DNA from: Camelus ferus | Taxonomy: Eukaryota | Reading direction: 5' to 3' | Assembly: GCF_009834535.1 (NCBI RefSeq) | Contig: NC_045732.1 | Location: 29,512,001-29,576,000 of the forward strand | DNA length: 64,000 nt | Part shown: positions 13,641 to 26,704 of the stretch, piece by piece | Layout: each line of letters starts with the position of its first letter | Position numbering within the stretch: position 1 is the stretch's first letter | Notes under the pieces: generated by a model | The model's input: only the letters and a program-made list of their open reading frames with translations | Told to the model about the DNA's origin: nothing | Databases searched by the model: none | Position numbers and translations under genes: made by a program

Positions 13641-13804
13641 NNNNNNNNNNNNNNNNNNNNNNNNNNNNNNNNNNNNNNNNNNNNNNNNNNNNNNNNNNNN
13701 NNNNNNNNNNNNNNNNNNNNNNNNNNNNNNNNNNNNNNNNNNNNNNNNNNNNNNNNNNNNNNNNNNNNNNNNNNNNNNNNNNNNNNNNNNNNNNNNNNNN
13801 NNNN
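13641..13804. other. Assembly gap (164 N) in intron 57
   Basis: N run seen directly. Confidence 0.99.
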
Positions 13805-14989
13805 GAGCGTTATTTTATTAATTAATCTTCAGAGTCATTCCAGTTGTAGTTGTTATGCTGCCCAGCTGGTTTGGGGAACACAGATCCACTCCCAAGGTGT
13901 TAAAACCGCTTTGGGGAGTGAGACCACAGTCCCCAGCTACCTGTGTGGACTGCCTTGCAATTTTACCTACAGCAAAACGATATACTCTTCCATCACAGTA
14001 ATTCAGACTGACGATGTATTTTTGTTTTAAGTGAAGAGTATGATGTGATATTTTGTTATAAAATTTTTTTATCATTAATCTGCAATGATATACAAAGAAA
14101 ATAGGTGGCCTGTTTTATCAGCATTCTGATTTAAAGAAAAGTGAAAAATACCTGATTATGGTTCACACTTCTGATATTTTAATGGGATTTGTATTCCCAT
14201 GAAAAGCAACAACCAAGGGCATTAATAATTTACAATAGAAAATAAGCAGGTGTCTTAAAAAGTGACACATCAAATACATGGGGAAGAAGTTTACAACAAA
14301 AAGTGACCCATCTTGATACCAAACATTCCATTTAAACAGTATTTGAAGCAAGAAACTGGTAAAGAGGAAGACAGTTTATAATCCTGGCAAAGCACAACAA
14401 AAGTCTACAAATATAAAATCTGTCAAAGACTAGTTTTTGATGGAGTTCTGTACTGATTGTTTCCTTTACGTCTTCCTAAGTGGGTTCAGAAGATCAGAGA
14501 GAGAGACCCAGTTTCAAGAATTTTCCTTTGTTCTTTTTGTCCACAGGCAACAAGAGAGTTACTAAGTGGACAGCCATTCTACAAGAACTATAAAAGGGCT
14601 TCTGCAATAAATGTGACAAAACTTAGTAAATAGGGTGCTAAATTGTTCTCTCACAAACACTTAGGAGTGATGATGTTCTTTGAGGGAGGAGAGTGTTCCG
14701 TGACAAGGGTTTTTCTTAAGGATACAAAGAGAAGCTTAGGAAAACATTGGGCCAGATCACAAGTAAAAACAGTGGCATCAAAGTAGCTTTACACACTACA
14801 AAAGGATGCTTAGTTGGGAGTAAACAGAAATATCCTACAAGCGAGGAAGGAACATTACCCCTTTTTCTTTCCTTCCCTGCTCACCCTTGATCTCAGTAGT
14901 CTAGAGAAGAATGCACAAAAGATTAGTTCACTGGTTATTTTTCTCCTTCCTTTCTGCCTCCTCTCCTTCCTTCCTTAATTCCTATGTTC

Positions 14990-15870
14990 CTTTATCTATT
15001 CAATGTCTATCACATACCAGACGCCTCATAAGGTGCTAGGTTAAAAATGACAACCCTTTTCCCCAAAGAAAGTTTCTTGAAGTACAAGGTTTATTGAAAG
15101 TGGTTGACATTAATCAAATAGTCACACATACCCATGATGATGAGGAATGTTAAATTCTAGAAGGAAATGTAGATAGTATCATGAGGGGATAGAGGGAGAG
15201 ATCTGGTCAAAAGTGGGCATCAGAGAAAAGCGTGCTCCATGTCTAAGCCAAGATGTAAAGGATGTTAACCAGGAAATTATGAGGAGGTAGGATGAGTAAG
15301 AAGGGTTTCAGACAGGATCAGCATGTTCAAAGCCCCGCCTGAGAGGAACACAGAGAAATGGAAAAAACCGAAGAAGGCAATACAGCTAGTGTCCAGAGAG
15401 TAAGAGGAAGAAACAGTAAGAAAAGAGGAAGTTGGAGCTAGACCAGACAGATGGGACTTTGGGGTCCTTGCTGAGGAATTTTATTCTTTTCCCAAGGGCA
15501 CAGAAAAGCCACTGAAGAGTGTTAAGATTAGGACTAATACAATTCAAATTATGTTTTTACATAGAATACTTAGACCAAAATGTAGATTGCATTGTAGGAT
15601 GACAAGAGTAGATGCAGAAAGGTTAGGAGAAATAATCTCACATTTAACTATGGTGATGACAGCAACACAGTCAAAAAATATTTTTTTTTTTTTACTTTTT
15701 AAAAAACATTAAAAAAATTCAAGTATAGTCAGTTTACAATATTGTGTCAATTTCTGGCATACAACACAATGTTTCAGCCATACATGGACATACATAAAAA
15801 CATTTTCGAGGTAAACTGACCTAGTGATGTGTTAGTGTTGGAAGGCTGGAGGTTGTTCATCCTGAAAAGG
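14990..15870 (-). mobile_element. L2 fragment interrupted by a short L1
   Basis: L2-type text (ttattcaatgtctatcacataccagacgcc...ctgaggaattttattcttttcccaagggc). Confidence 0.65.
15681..15797 (-). mobile_element. Short L1 3' stub (lineage-specific type)
   Basis: Poly(T) then aagtatagtcagtttacaatattgtgtcaatttctggcatacaacacaatgtttcagccatacatggacatacat; degenerate aaaaa(t/c)atttt flanks. Confidence 0.8.
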
Positions 15871-16974
15871 TACTATATCCGTCTGTTCTGTTGTCGTTTG
15901 GATAGGAGAAACTATTTAGTTAGGTTCTCCAAGCTTTAGGGTTTTGTAGATTACAGCAACAAAAACATAATGAGGCAAAGAATTTTAGGGTTTCAGAAAA
16001 GAGGTATCAAAATGTTTGATAAATGAATCTAAATTGGGCTTGGAGGGCGGTAAAGACATAGTGCAGTGGAAATAATGTATAGAACACAAGTTATTAGAGT
16101 TATGTCAAAGAGATGTAGTAGGTGGATATCTCAATAAGCACATTAGCCAAGCAGAGATTAATTCACTTCAGTCTGGTGCATGTCACCCTTCTCTAGCATC
16201 ACATCTCCCCAAAGCATGTTCCTGGTAGTGAGATTCCTGAGTAAGAGGACTGAGAATGATAAGTACTAACATTTTACCACTGCTAGCAAGCAACCAAAGC
16301 CAAAAACCAGGGGTAACAAGGCAGTATTTATAACAAAATGCTGGCTAGAAGGGATTGTGGAAAATTATGTCGACCAAATTCCTCATTTTACAGCTGAACA
16401 AAGTAGCAATCACAGTCTAATTTCTGGAGGAATATGGCTAGAATCTCAGTCTCCTGAATCTTAGTGCACTTGTCCAGTGATTCCTCTTCTTGGATTTCTG
16501 GAACTAAATTAAAAATTATACCTTTTGTAGAAATTCTGTCTCATTTCACTATATCATTTAATGCATTCTATTTAAAATGCCCATGCTTCTCAATAAATGT
16601 TCTTCCACATGTACACCAGAATGTTTTCATTATTTATTCAAAGTTAGAACACTAAAAAAAAAATCACTATTATATTACACTCTACTACAAAAACTACCTT
16701 AATTTTCTGAATTGTATGAAGGAGAAACTGGCAGCTTCCTTGGCAGTTTCTTTTTTTTTTTTTTTTAACAGATTCCTGGGTCTTTTTGTAATCTTCTATA
16801 TCCTCTCCTCTGGAATAATACAAACCCTTGATCTTTCTTCAAGATGCCACTTTTGGCTCTGTCTCCAAAGAGATTTTTCTTTTAAGCAGTGAACATACAA
16901 AAGTGGTACTATGTTATCAAGCTTTTGTTGTTTGGTAGTAATTTACTTGGTTTTCTATTCCCTTCTGTTCATGT

Positions 16975-17220
16975 ACCTTTTCTTCTCATTTTAAAAACAC
17001 TTATCAGTATCCACTGTATGTCATGCACTTTGCTAGATACTAAGGTCTTGGGGGTCACCAAGACCAAATCTCTGCCTTCCCTACCTAGAGCCTAGCAGAC
17101 AAGACAAATATAATGAAAAACAAACAAAAAATAGACAATTGATCAGTGTTGGCAGATGCTAGTGAGCAAGTTGTTATTCTGAAAACTGGTAAAGAGAAAC
17201 GTTTATCATTCCTACCCTAT
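16975..17220 (-). mobile_element. L2 3' fragment
   Basis: aaacacttatcagtatccactgtatgtcatgcactttgctagatact...tctctgccttcc. Confidence 0.6.
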
Positions 17221-17339
17221 TCGAAAAATATACTGGGTATGCAAATAGTGGATGAGTGTCTATTTTCTGTTCATAGAAGTACTTCACCTAATAAATGAAG
17301 AAGTGATAGAAATAGGCAATTATCACTGATCATTAACGG

Positions 17340-18170
17340 CTGCCAAAAATCACACACACAAAAGAGAAGACAAGACACTGTGCACCTTCTGATGATGGAA
17401 GAATACATTACCACCTACAAAGCAGCCTTACCAAAAACAGGCAAACCTAAGTATGATCAAACCGCAGAACTACACTGTTTAACAGAATAGCCACTAGCCA
17501 CATCTGAGCACTTGAAATGTGGCTAGTCTGAAATGAGTTATGTTGTAACTGTTGTAACTGTAAATTCTCATATTGATTATACACTAAAATGACAATAATT
17601 ATTGTTCTATAGTTATGTAAGATATAACCATTAGAAGAAACTGGGTGAAGTGTACAGGGAAACTCTCTGTACTATTTTTCTAACTTACTGTGAATCTGCA
17701 ATTACTCCAAATAAAAAAAAATTTTGAAAAAGTGATTTAAAAGACAAATCAGCCAAATGCAATATGTGGACCTTTTTCAATTCTTATTTAAACCAAAAAA
17801 AAAAAACAAAAAAAACAAAACCCACCCCAAACTCAAAAACCTGTTAAAACATTTAAGATATGTATGTAAGAAATGGAAATTTGAATACTGTCCCGGTATT
17901 TGCCATGATAAAATTATTGACATTTTAAAAGTATTATAGTAGCAATGTGATTACTTTTAAAGAGTGAATTCTTATCTTTCAGAGATAACCTCTCAATATT
18001 TATGAATTAAATGATCCACGCCTGAGATTTGCTTCAAAATAATGGAGGATGAAATAGAGGCAGAAGAAGTAAGGCTGGCCATGAATTGATAATCGTTCAG
18101 GTCTTGATCGGTACATGGGTGTTTACTATAGGTTTCTGTCTGCTTTTGAATATATTTAATCTATTCCAAA
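17340..18170 (+). mobile_element. Old L1 (L1MC/L1ME-type) 3' fragments with an embedded MER3-like piece (~17470-17545)
   Basis: aactgggtgaagtgtacagggaaactctctgtactattttt and gagatttgcttcaaaataatgg are L1M 3' UTR hallmarks; agccactagcccacatctgagcacttgaaatgtggctag is MER3/hAT-like. Confidence 0.7.
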
Positions 18171-18410
18171 ATAAAATATCACCAAAAGACATGGGCAATT
18201 TCTTAAATGCTATTATTAATGCAGATGCTTTTGACATTTAAAATATAATGGCTTGAATTATTTCTAACTGACCCTTAGACTAGAGAAGTAAAAAAGATTT
18301 CTATTCAACCTGGTTTCTTTCTTTTTCAACCTAATTTCAATTGAAACTAATTTTAAAATAGTCACTGAATGCTTACTACGTTCAAGACACTATACTTTAA
18401 AATATCCTAC

Positions 18411-18567
18411 CCTGTGAACATCATTTTGCTTCTGAACTGCTGGGAAATCGCCTCCAATAGGTGCCTGCCGGCTCAACTCATCATCTTTCAGTTGTAGCCA
18501 CACCAGAAGTTCCTGAAGAGAAAGGTGCAGACGCTTCCACTGGTCAGAACTGGCTTCCAAATGGGAC
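18411..18567 (-). CDS. DMD: Dystrophin exon 57
   Basis: 157 bp; acceptor ttatttttcag|GTCCC, donor CACAGG|gtagga; encodes (R)[52 protein letters not shown]. Not in the ORF track in its true frame. Confidence 0.98.
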
Positions 18568-19789
18568 CTGAAAAATAATGAAAGGAAATTATGCCAGAAT
18601 ATCCAGAAGGATAATTGATGGTTCTAACAATCCCATTAAAGGTACATTGGTTGGTTAGTTCCATAGTGTATAGACATACTGTAAAAGACCTAGCAGTCCT
18701 CAATAAAAATGTGACTTTTGAGAGCCACAAAATGGGGTATTTTGATGGCAACTTTAAGGGAAGACAGTGTTTAGCCATATGTTTATTTCCACATGCAGAA
18801 TTCTGAGACTTTTGGCATGAAATATACATTGGAATGGATTGCTTTCCTACAGTGTTGCAGTCAATGATTCTTGATGTTTCTGGCAAAAAAAAATTGAACC
18901 CAGTGACTAATATAAACCACTCAGTTTTCATGTGACTCATGCTAGTACTGGAATTCTTTCTGCTTTGAGAAATAGAAAGGTCTCTCCCCACATTTTGACT
19001 TTTCCATTTCTACACCCTAGGCAGCCTCTTCCATTGACTCCTTCCATCTGGCAACTGTTCCTTTCTGCTCCTCTTCCCATATGCTTCTCCTTTCTACCCT
19101 TCTTTATTTGTGTGCACCTGGGATTTGTTTTCACCAAGTTCCAACATTTTCCGCTTTGTTTCCTTTGTGTAAAATGTACTGAGACAACAACTCACGTGGA
19201 AAAGTAAAATCAGACATTTGCCTGAGAGCCTCCCCAAAACATGAATAATTTAGGCAAGAGACTGAGTGCTTTACCATCAACTGTATTTAGAACATGTTAA
19301 TCCGCAGAAGCCATTTAAGAATACACAAATGAATGATCTGTGCTATAAAATCCACATTTCACTTGAGGATGAGAAGCTAAATTAAGAAAATAAATCATAA
19401 CCCAGAAAACAAAGAAACGCAGAATGTTAGGAAAGCTTTATCCTCAGGTCAATTGAGAATTATGCAGCGTTACTTACATCTTATCAGCGATTACTAATTA
19501 ATTCATAAAAATTAATGCTGCCTATAACATAAATATAACCTAGTCTCGAATGCTGCAGAGATTGAAATGTAAAGCAACCTGGTAGGGCAACATTTCTCTT
19601 TGCCATTTGATAACTTAGCGTGACATTTCAAATACAATTCTCCTGCTGGCCTTAGTCAAACATCATCAAATCGTACCTATGTGCTGAAATTAAATTATTC
19701 CAAGCTTTCCAAAGGATAATTTGATGATACATAAACGTCTTTAAAATGTACAAATACAATGACCCATGAGCTTAAATTCAAGGAACTTA

Positions 19790-20250
19790 TACTAAGAAAG
19801 TAACTGGGAAAGCATGCAAAGATATAGGCAGAAAACTGTTATTTATAGCATACTTAGGATTGATACAAAGTAGAAACAACTTAAATATTCGATACTAGGA
19901 AATTGGTTACATATATAATGGTGAATTCATATAATGCAATGTTGAAATCCTATGAATCCTGTGCAATGTTCAGTGTGATGACATAGGCAAGTATTTACAG
20001 ATATGGAAAAGATCACCCTGTCATCTGCTAAGGAAGTAGGTTACAAAAATGTATACAATCTATTTTTCTAAAATGTTTGTGTGTGTATTTGTGTACACAT
20101 GCTCCACCACTCATAAAAAAATTCTGAAATGACAACTAGTTTATCCCTCATACAAGGATTTACTGGTGATTTATTCCTTCATCTTTATACTTTTCCAAAT
20201 GTTCAGAATTTTCCTTTTATTATGGGAAATATAAACATTATATTCAGGAA
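19790..20250 (+). mobile_element. Old L1 (L1ME-type) 3' fragment
   Basis: agaaacaacttaaatattcgatactaggaaattggttac and acagatatggaaaagatcacc. Confidence 0.6.
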
Positions 20251-21378
20251 AAACAAAGGCATTTCCAGAGAAATTAGATTGTTCAAGACTCTAACAGCAT
20301 TATTATCTAATAAAGAAATCACGAAATACCATAGATATCATGAATTAAATATAATAGTGCAGATTGCATATGGTGTAGAGGTCAGTTCTTTTATGTTTCT
20401 GTTCTTTCCTCCTATTTATCACTTCCCCATAAAACTAAATGAGAATTCCCTACGCAAGATTTTAGCTGTTTAATGACATGTAATGACTCCTGGTTACAGA
20501 GCTTCCCTGGGGTGTCTGGAATTTGCAGCTTGGTCCCCTTGAGGGTGACAGAGGCTGTCAAGCAGGACATTTTGAAAGGTAGGGAGAGGCACAGTCTAGA
20601 CATGGGAAGGCAGCAAATGGTAGATGAGATACTGATTCAATAAATACTGATTGAGTGCCTCTCAGTTCCAATCAGGCACTGGGGAGTAGGGAGAGGGGAA
20701 GGTAAGGGAGAATACAGAGATGTCTAAGAGTCCGTGTGTCTGGTAGAAGTAATAACATATCCCTGCGGTGGAGAGGTCTACAGACAGGATAGATAGGCTG
20801 AACGGCAAGCTGCCTAAGGTGAGGGCTTCCGCTGCTGCTTGTTTACAAAAGGCAGTGCTACAACCCCGGTTCCAGGTTAAATGATGCTAATTACTAGCAG
20901 GTCAATGAAAACTTTTGTGTCCCCTAAGAGAGGGGGTAAAAAATGAACACTGAGACCCAGGGAATTCTTTCTAAAGAATCTAAGACAAACTCCATAGCAT
21001 GAGATAGGGAGGCTGTGAAGAGACAGAAACACAGGACAGTCAAGAGAGTTAATACAGGAACAGAAGAAGGACCTGGGATCATGAGTGAAAAAACACCAAA
21101 CTCTCATGTATCTGGGTGAGGGGGCCTTCCTTATTCATCCCTAAGGTATGGAGTTAGGTCACTTTTCCAAATGTTTGATCACCTTAACCACATATCAAAT
21201 GACTTTCTTTCTTTTCCTTGTTAAAGCAGGAGAGTGAAAGGAAATGGGTGATATGACGATAAAAACTTAAAAAGCTTATAAAAAGCAGAGGACACTGGGT
21301 AAGGGCTGGAGAGGCGGAAGTCAGTCAGATAATGGCTCCTGATTTAAAACAACACTTACAAAGATATCAAATCTAAAG

Positions 21379-21860
21379 CCATGGTTCTCAAACTGCAGTG
21401 TGCATAAGAAACATTTGAGTAGCTTGTTTAAAGTACAGACTCCTAGGTTCCATGCTCAGAATTTCTGTAACTGAAAAAATTTTTTTATTAAAATATAATT
21501 GATTTACAATACTATATTAGTTTTAGGTGTGCAGCATAGTGATTCAGTATTTTTGCAGATTATAATCCATTATAAGTTATTATAAGATAATGACTATATA
21601 TAATTTCCTGTGCTATACAATATATCCTTGTTGCTTCTCTATTTTATACATAGTCGTCTGTATCTGTTAATCCTGTATCTCTAATTTGTCCCTCCCCTCC
21701 TCCTTCTCCCCTTCGGTAACCACAAGTTTGGAATATAAAAAATAATACAAAGGAATGTATATCCAAAACAGAAACAGACACACAGATAACAGAATTTCTG
21801 TACTTTTAACAAGAACTTTCACAATTCAGCAGGTGAGCTCCAGGACCACTGTCTGAGGAA
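21379..21860 (+). mobile_element. MER5-type hAT-Charlie MITE interrupted by an L1
   Basis: atggttctcaaactgcagtgtgcataagaaacatttgagtagcttgtttaaa on the left; ttttaacaag...ctccaggaccactgtctgag on the right. Confidence 0.7.
21470..21789 (-). mobile_element. 5'-inverted truncated L1 with 13-bp TSD
   Basis: Minus-strand L1 3' end (to 21729) joined to a plus-strand segment ggaatataaaaaataatacaaag...cacagata; direct repeat cagaatttctgta at 21457-21469 and 21790-21802. Confidence 0.8.
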
Positions 21861-22199
21861 GAATTTCTTAAAGTATTTCCTATGTGCCCTAAACATTACT
21901 TGCTGGTCTCCAAAGGGCAAAGGTGTTATTTGTCAGTGACATGATTTTGAAGAAGATCTAAATGTAACGAAATGCTCTGAGGTCAGAAAACATTTTCTCT
22001 GGCCATGCTAAGCTTGCGAAGTGTTTTCAAGACACATTTCTAATGCATTTGTTGGAAGCAGCTGCCCTATCTTTATTTCCAAGACTGTATATCAAATATT
22101 TCTAAATGATTAACCTGTTTGTATTTGGGATGCCTTTTCCTGCTTTTCCTAAAAATGTTTCTTTGTATTTGTAATGACTCCCCCTGCCTCGTTTTATCA

Positions 22200-22330
22200 T
22201 AGGATGTTAGGGCTGAAAGGAACCTTAGAGATCATTCAACCCTCTTGTTTTGCCAATGTGGGAACTGAGATGCAAAGACTCCTATACAGACACCTGCTGA
22301 AGCACATAACTTGAGCTGTCACATTTAGAC
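22200..22330 (-). mobile_element. MIR3-like SINE
   Basis: gatgttagggctgaaaggaaccttagagatcattcaaccctcttgttttgccaatgtgggaactgag. Confidence 0.65.
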
Positions 22331-23644
22331 ATGGAAAATGGAAATGACAAACCTTCCTTACATGAGGAAATCCTTAACCTTAAAGGTTTTCACCAAATGT
22401 TTTGGATCCCAGAGCAAAAACGCTTCCTGCTAATTGGCAAATAGACCCCATTTACCCCTATCTACCCAACAGAAAATAAAAGGGGAGGTTTGAAGCAGCA
22501 AACTTAGCCTGTATTCATTTTCTATTAGTCTTTACTAGTGAAGACAAGAGCTTAGGAGTTACTAGCTTTTAACAAGGCAAGTACGAATCTTTCATAATCA
22601 TATAATTTTTACAGTTGGTAAGGTTTAGGTAAAATGCAGAACCTTGGGATATATAGCTTGGTCTTTAAGAAACTTTTTGGTGTCAAGACGGTAAGAATTA
22701 TAGAGGCTGCTAAAGTGATTGCTATTTCTCTAGACACATATATTTCAAGTGTGATTTGGTTGATGCCTAGTTTGAAATCCTTAATAAAACTTTACTCTGA
22801 AAGGCATCTATTCTTAAGGCAAAATGTGTTCTATTGAATTCATTTTTCACTTTGACTTCCTTTATAAAACTAACGATATCCCTGTATATCTTTGGTACCC
22901 TTGTGTAATAAGATAGCACGTAAGCGTACAGAAGGAAAAGGTAAGAATGCAGAAAAAATAAGGAACCACAGAAATAAAATGGGGGCTATGAGGCTTTAAA
23001 TAAAGAAACAGAATTAAGCCCAAAGAGGAGTAAACTTTCTGTTGTTGTTGTTGCTGGGCCATGAACTCCAACTTTCAAACATAATTAACACCCCAAGAGT
23101 AAGAGAAAGAAGGCCAGAGATACTCAATGTCCAAGTGGCATTTTTGTCTCAAAGGTAGAAAGATTCTGCTTTTGGTTTTTTTTTTTTTTTTTGCTCTTTC
23201 TTTGTTCTCCATTACAGATAAACCTCTAATTATTTTAATTTCTAATACCGAGTACTTTCTAAGAGATTTATTGCTGCTGTGGGTTAAATAATGTTGGTGT
23301 CCTCACCTCTCAAATTAATGTTCAAAATTTCATAGAAGGGATTATTTTATATAACATTTGCAAGCTTTTCCCCCAAGTATAAAAATCTCACAGAATGTAA
23401 ATTTTGCTGAAATTATGTGAACATCATATATGATTCTCCTAATTAATAGTACATAAATAATCTGGAAAATACAATCTGGTGCCAGATTCAATTGAAATCT
23501 TCATACATATTTCTATGTAAAAATTCACTTGATCACTTCTCAAATTATTCATAATTTCAAAATTAAAAATGCAACATTGTAGGCATGGAATATTTTAGAA
23601 TGAGAAACACAACACCATCCTGATGTTGGATAATATAATCACTG

Positions 23645-23706
23645 ACTGTGTCTGTGTCTGTGTGTGTATGTATGTGGGCACATGTGTATATATATATATA
23701 TATACA
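23645..23706. repeat. Compound (TG)n/(TA)n microsatellite
   Basis: tgtgtctgtgtctgtgtgtgtatgtatgtg...tatatatatatatatacac seen directly. Confidence 0.9.
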
Positions 23707-24039
23707 CAAATAAAAAATTTTCGCTTTATTTTTCTCCCACTTATAGCAGTTAATCTTTTGTTTGATGACACTCAGCTATCACTGAGTATTTACATGTCCT
23801 CCTTATACCTCTTGGACAAAATGTGATGTAATAATGCATGGGGAACAGATGGCACATACTTTCCTTCAACTAAATTATGAGTTACAGTCTCAATTAAAGT
23901 ATTCTTTTTTCTCAAAGACACTGTATTTACTTTCTTTTATACCATGTCTTTTACCTTAATCAGTTATTTTAAATATAAGAAAACCAAGGTAGAAAAATTA
24001 AAGAATTTGCCTAGGTTTATAAAGAGTGACTGTAGAATT

Positions 24040-24220
24040 AAAAATAACAGAACTGTAGAACTGCCAGGGGACGTGAAGAGACCATCATGTTTCCGGTCAA
24101 ACTTCCTCATTTCAGTGAGGGAGAAAATTGAAGTCTGAAGCAGGCTCACGATTAGATGCTAGGTAGCAACAGAGCCAGAGGAGAAACTAGGTCGCCCAAC
24201 TGCTGGTCCACGACCCTTTC
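24040..24220 (-). mobile_element. MIR3-like SINE
   Basis: agaactgtagaactgccagggacgtgaagagaccatc...cctcatttcagtgagggagaaaattgaagtctgaa. Confidence 0.65.
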
Positions 24221-24590
24221 TACTGTACCTCACTGACTCAATCAAAGCTTGGCATTTCTGTATGTACCTAATTCAGCTGAAGGCAACCAGTATAGCCCTA
24301 GGAAACAACCCATGAATACTTAAAGGGACTTGCCATCAAGTGAAAATGAGAATAGTACAGGGAAGATCTAGTAAAGGAACAGTCAGAAAGGGAAATCTCA
24401 ATTATGGAATTTGAGTCAAAATTTGGAGGATGAGAGGAGAAATTGTGTTCCAAGTCTGAGGATCGGGAAGTGCACTCATTCATATGAGGACAGTGAGAAA
24501 ATTGTTGGAGATCAGGAATGGCATTAGAAAGTAGAATTTACTTGGCTCAGAGAATCCACGTTGGGGAGTAACTAGATGGCTGCTTGGCGA

Positions 24591-24680
24591 ATATATGTAT
24601 GTATACGCATGACTGCGACACAGTGCTGTACACCAGAATGTGACACACTGTAATTGACTGTACTTCAATTAAAAAAAAAA
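24591..24680 (+). mobile_element. Short L1 3' stub with poly(A) and TSD
   Basis: atatatgtatgtatacgcatgactgcgacacagtgctgtacaccagaa...tacttcaatt(a)10; flanks gctgcttgg(c/t)ga at 24579-24590 and 24691-24702. Confidence 0.8.
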
Positions 24681-24789
24681 CAAATAGACTGCTGCTTGGT
24701 GAGGAAGGAACTGGGAGGCAGAGGAAGAACAGAGAAGGAAAGGGGTTAGAATGGGTTAATTAGAAATAGTTGGTAGAGAGAGGAAGGTT

Positions 24790-24935
24790 CACTAGATTCC
24801 AATGACTAAATATAAGCTTCATGAGAGCAATGATTTTCTTTTGTCTATTGTTCACTGTTGTGTCCTCACTGCCCAGAAGAGTGTCTAGTACGTAGTAAAC
24901 ACTCAGTAAATATTTGCTGAGTGAACAAATAAATG
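24790..24935 (+). mobile_element. L2 3' end
   Basis: aagcttcatgagagcaatg...agtacgtagtaaacactcagtaaatatttgctgagtgaacaaataaatgaat. Confidence 0.8.
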
Positions 24936-26440
24936 AATAAGAGAATTATGGGAACCATCAAGATGGAAGTTCTTGACCAAAGGAATAATGTGATCCAGTG
25001 CCCAAGGAAGAATATTTTTGTAAATATGCAATGGATGGCCTCAATATAGAAAGAAATAGAGACAAATCTATCAGTTTGGAATGACGCGATGAAGACAAGA
25101 ATCACAATCACAGGAAGAGGAAAGACAATGCGGAAGGGAAATAAATGGAGGGAAAAGGACATAATGTGGATTTAGATCACGATGATGCCCCTTCTGAATC
25201 GATGGAATGCAAAGGGAAATTTCAAAATCATTTTGGTTTGAACTCAATTTTATTTCATTAACAGTGGGCACCTATGAAATGACATGCTAATATTTTATAT
25301 TTTAAAATGCAAAAATGGCTTCAGAATCTTTTATTAAACAATGAACAACTGTAATTTTTTTTAGTATAATATATTATAGTTTGGGCAAACAGAGGGCTGT
25401 TTTCCAGGGTAGCTTGGGAATTTTTTAAAAACAATTGTGGTGACTTTTCACTGTAAAATAATGTTGATGGAGGTATTGACCAGATTTGCAATGCAAGCTT
25501 ATGTATCAAGGATCATTCTGTATCTAACTCTTCCAGTGCTCACCTGTCCTATTTCGTACCCATCCTGAATTGCTATCTCTATTCTGCTTCTCTCAGCTGA
25601 ACCCTGCCATTCAGCGTGGACTGACTGATATCCTTATTTCAACAAAGTATCAGGAAATAAACTAAATCATTTTGATGTGAAGCATTACCTTGCTTCTTAT
25701 AAGTGAGTGCTTATAACACATTATTATTAGCGAGGCCTATTTAAAAGCCAAAACCATTGCTCTGAATATTTAAATTCTAGAATTTGCAGTACCTTAGATG
25801 AGCTAAGGTAACTGTTTTCTACTTGATTAATGACAGCAAGAATTAAACTGCAGTAGCTGGCATCTGGGAAATTGCTGAGAATGAAGAGACCACATTTTGG
25901 CTGACACGCTGTTTGCCGCTTTCAATTCCCCTTTTATTTCATCAAGTTCACACGAAGGAGAGAAAAGGCACGAATGATGTTCAGAACAGTTATAGCACCT
26001 TTCTTTTCCTCTCCTGCCAAAAAAGGATAGCTTTCTTTTCTTTACTTTATCTATCAATACCTTTTCCATCTCCCATGTTTCATTCTTTTTTAATGACAGA
26101 TGTTATGAAGGTGGCCTTTGTCATGACATATACTGACCTCTCTCAGAGTTTAAGCTATAGAAAGCAAATGGAGCCTCCCTCTCTTTGAAAATGCCATCAC
26201 CTGTTGTTGCTCATGACTCATCACCAACACATCGATACAAAATTCATGGACCAAACAGGGAGATAAAAACGAGGGTCTTGGAAGCTGGGATACAAACTTG
26301 GGCGGGGGGACCATATAAATAAAAATGAATCCTCTCCTCCTCCTAGAAATCTGCTTCTCTATTTTATCGTTTCACTTATTACATGTTTATGTGTAAAAGT
26401 TGAGTGAGTCTTCCCTTTTTCTTCTTCCTTTATACTCCAC

Positions 26441-26704
26441 GGTATAATATGATGGTTCAAAGCTCAGACTCTGGAGCCAGACTCCCTGTGTTCAGATCTC
26501 AGATCTGGCACTTACTAAGTGACCTTGGGAAACTTATCTAGCCTCTCTCTGACTCACTTTCTTCAAATGTAAAGAGAGGATAATAATAGAATCTGTCTCT
26601 TAGGGCTGCTGAGAGCATTAAATGGGTCAATAAATATAAAGTGCCATGACACTGCCCAGTATGTGGTGCATCACATGTCAGTTACTTGCTATCATCACTA
26701 TTAT
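26441..26704 (+). mobile_element. Near full-length MIR
   Basis: ~260 bp from atgatggttcaaagctcagactctggagccagac through the core to ttgctatcatcactattat. Confidence 0.85.

Noticed and set aside
13805-14075. 85-aa minus-strand ORF and AATAAA beside the second gap, as a retrocopy or alternative terminal exon
   Set aside because: No recognisable homology in any frame, no clear acceptor, and AATAAA is abundant in this AT-rich DNA.
18488-18991. Longest ORF in the track (167 aa, minus strand)
   Set aside because: It starts at GTG in intron 56 and crosses into exon 57 in the wrong frame ([11 protein letters not shown]...); no recognisable protein features.
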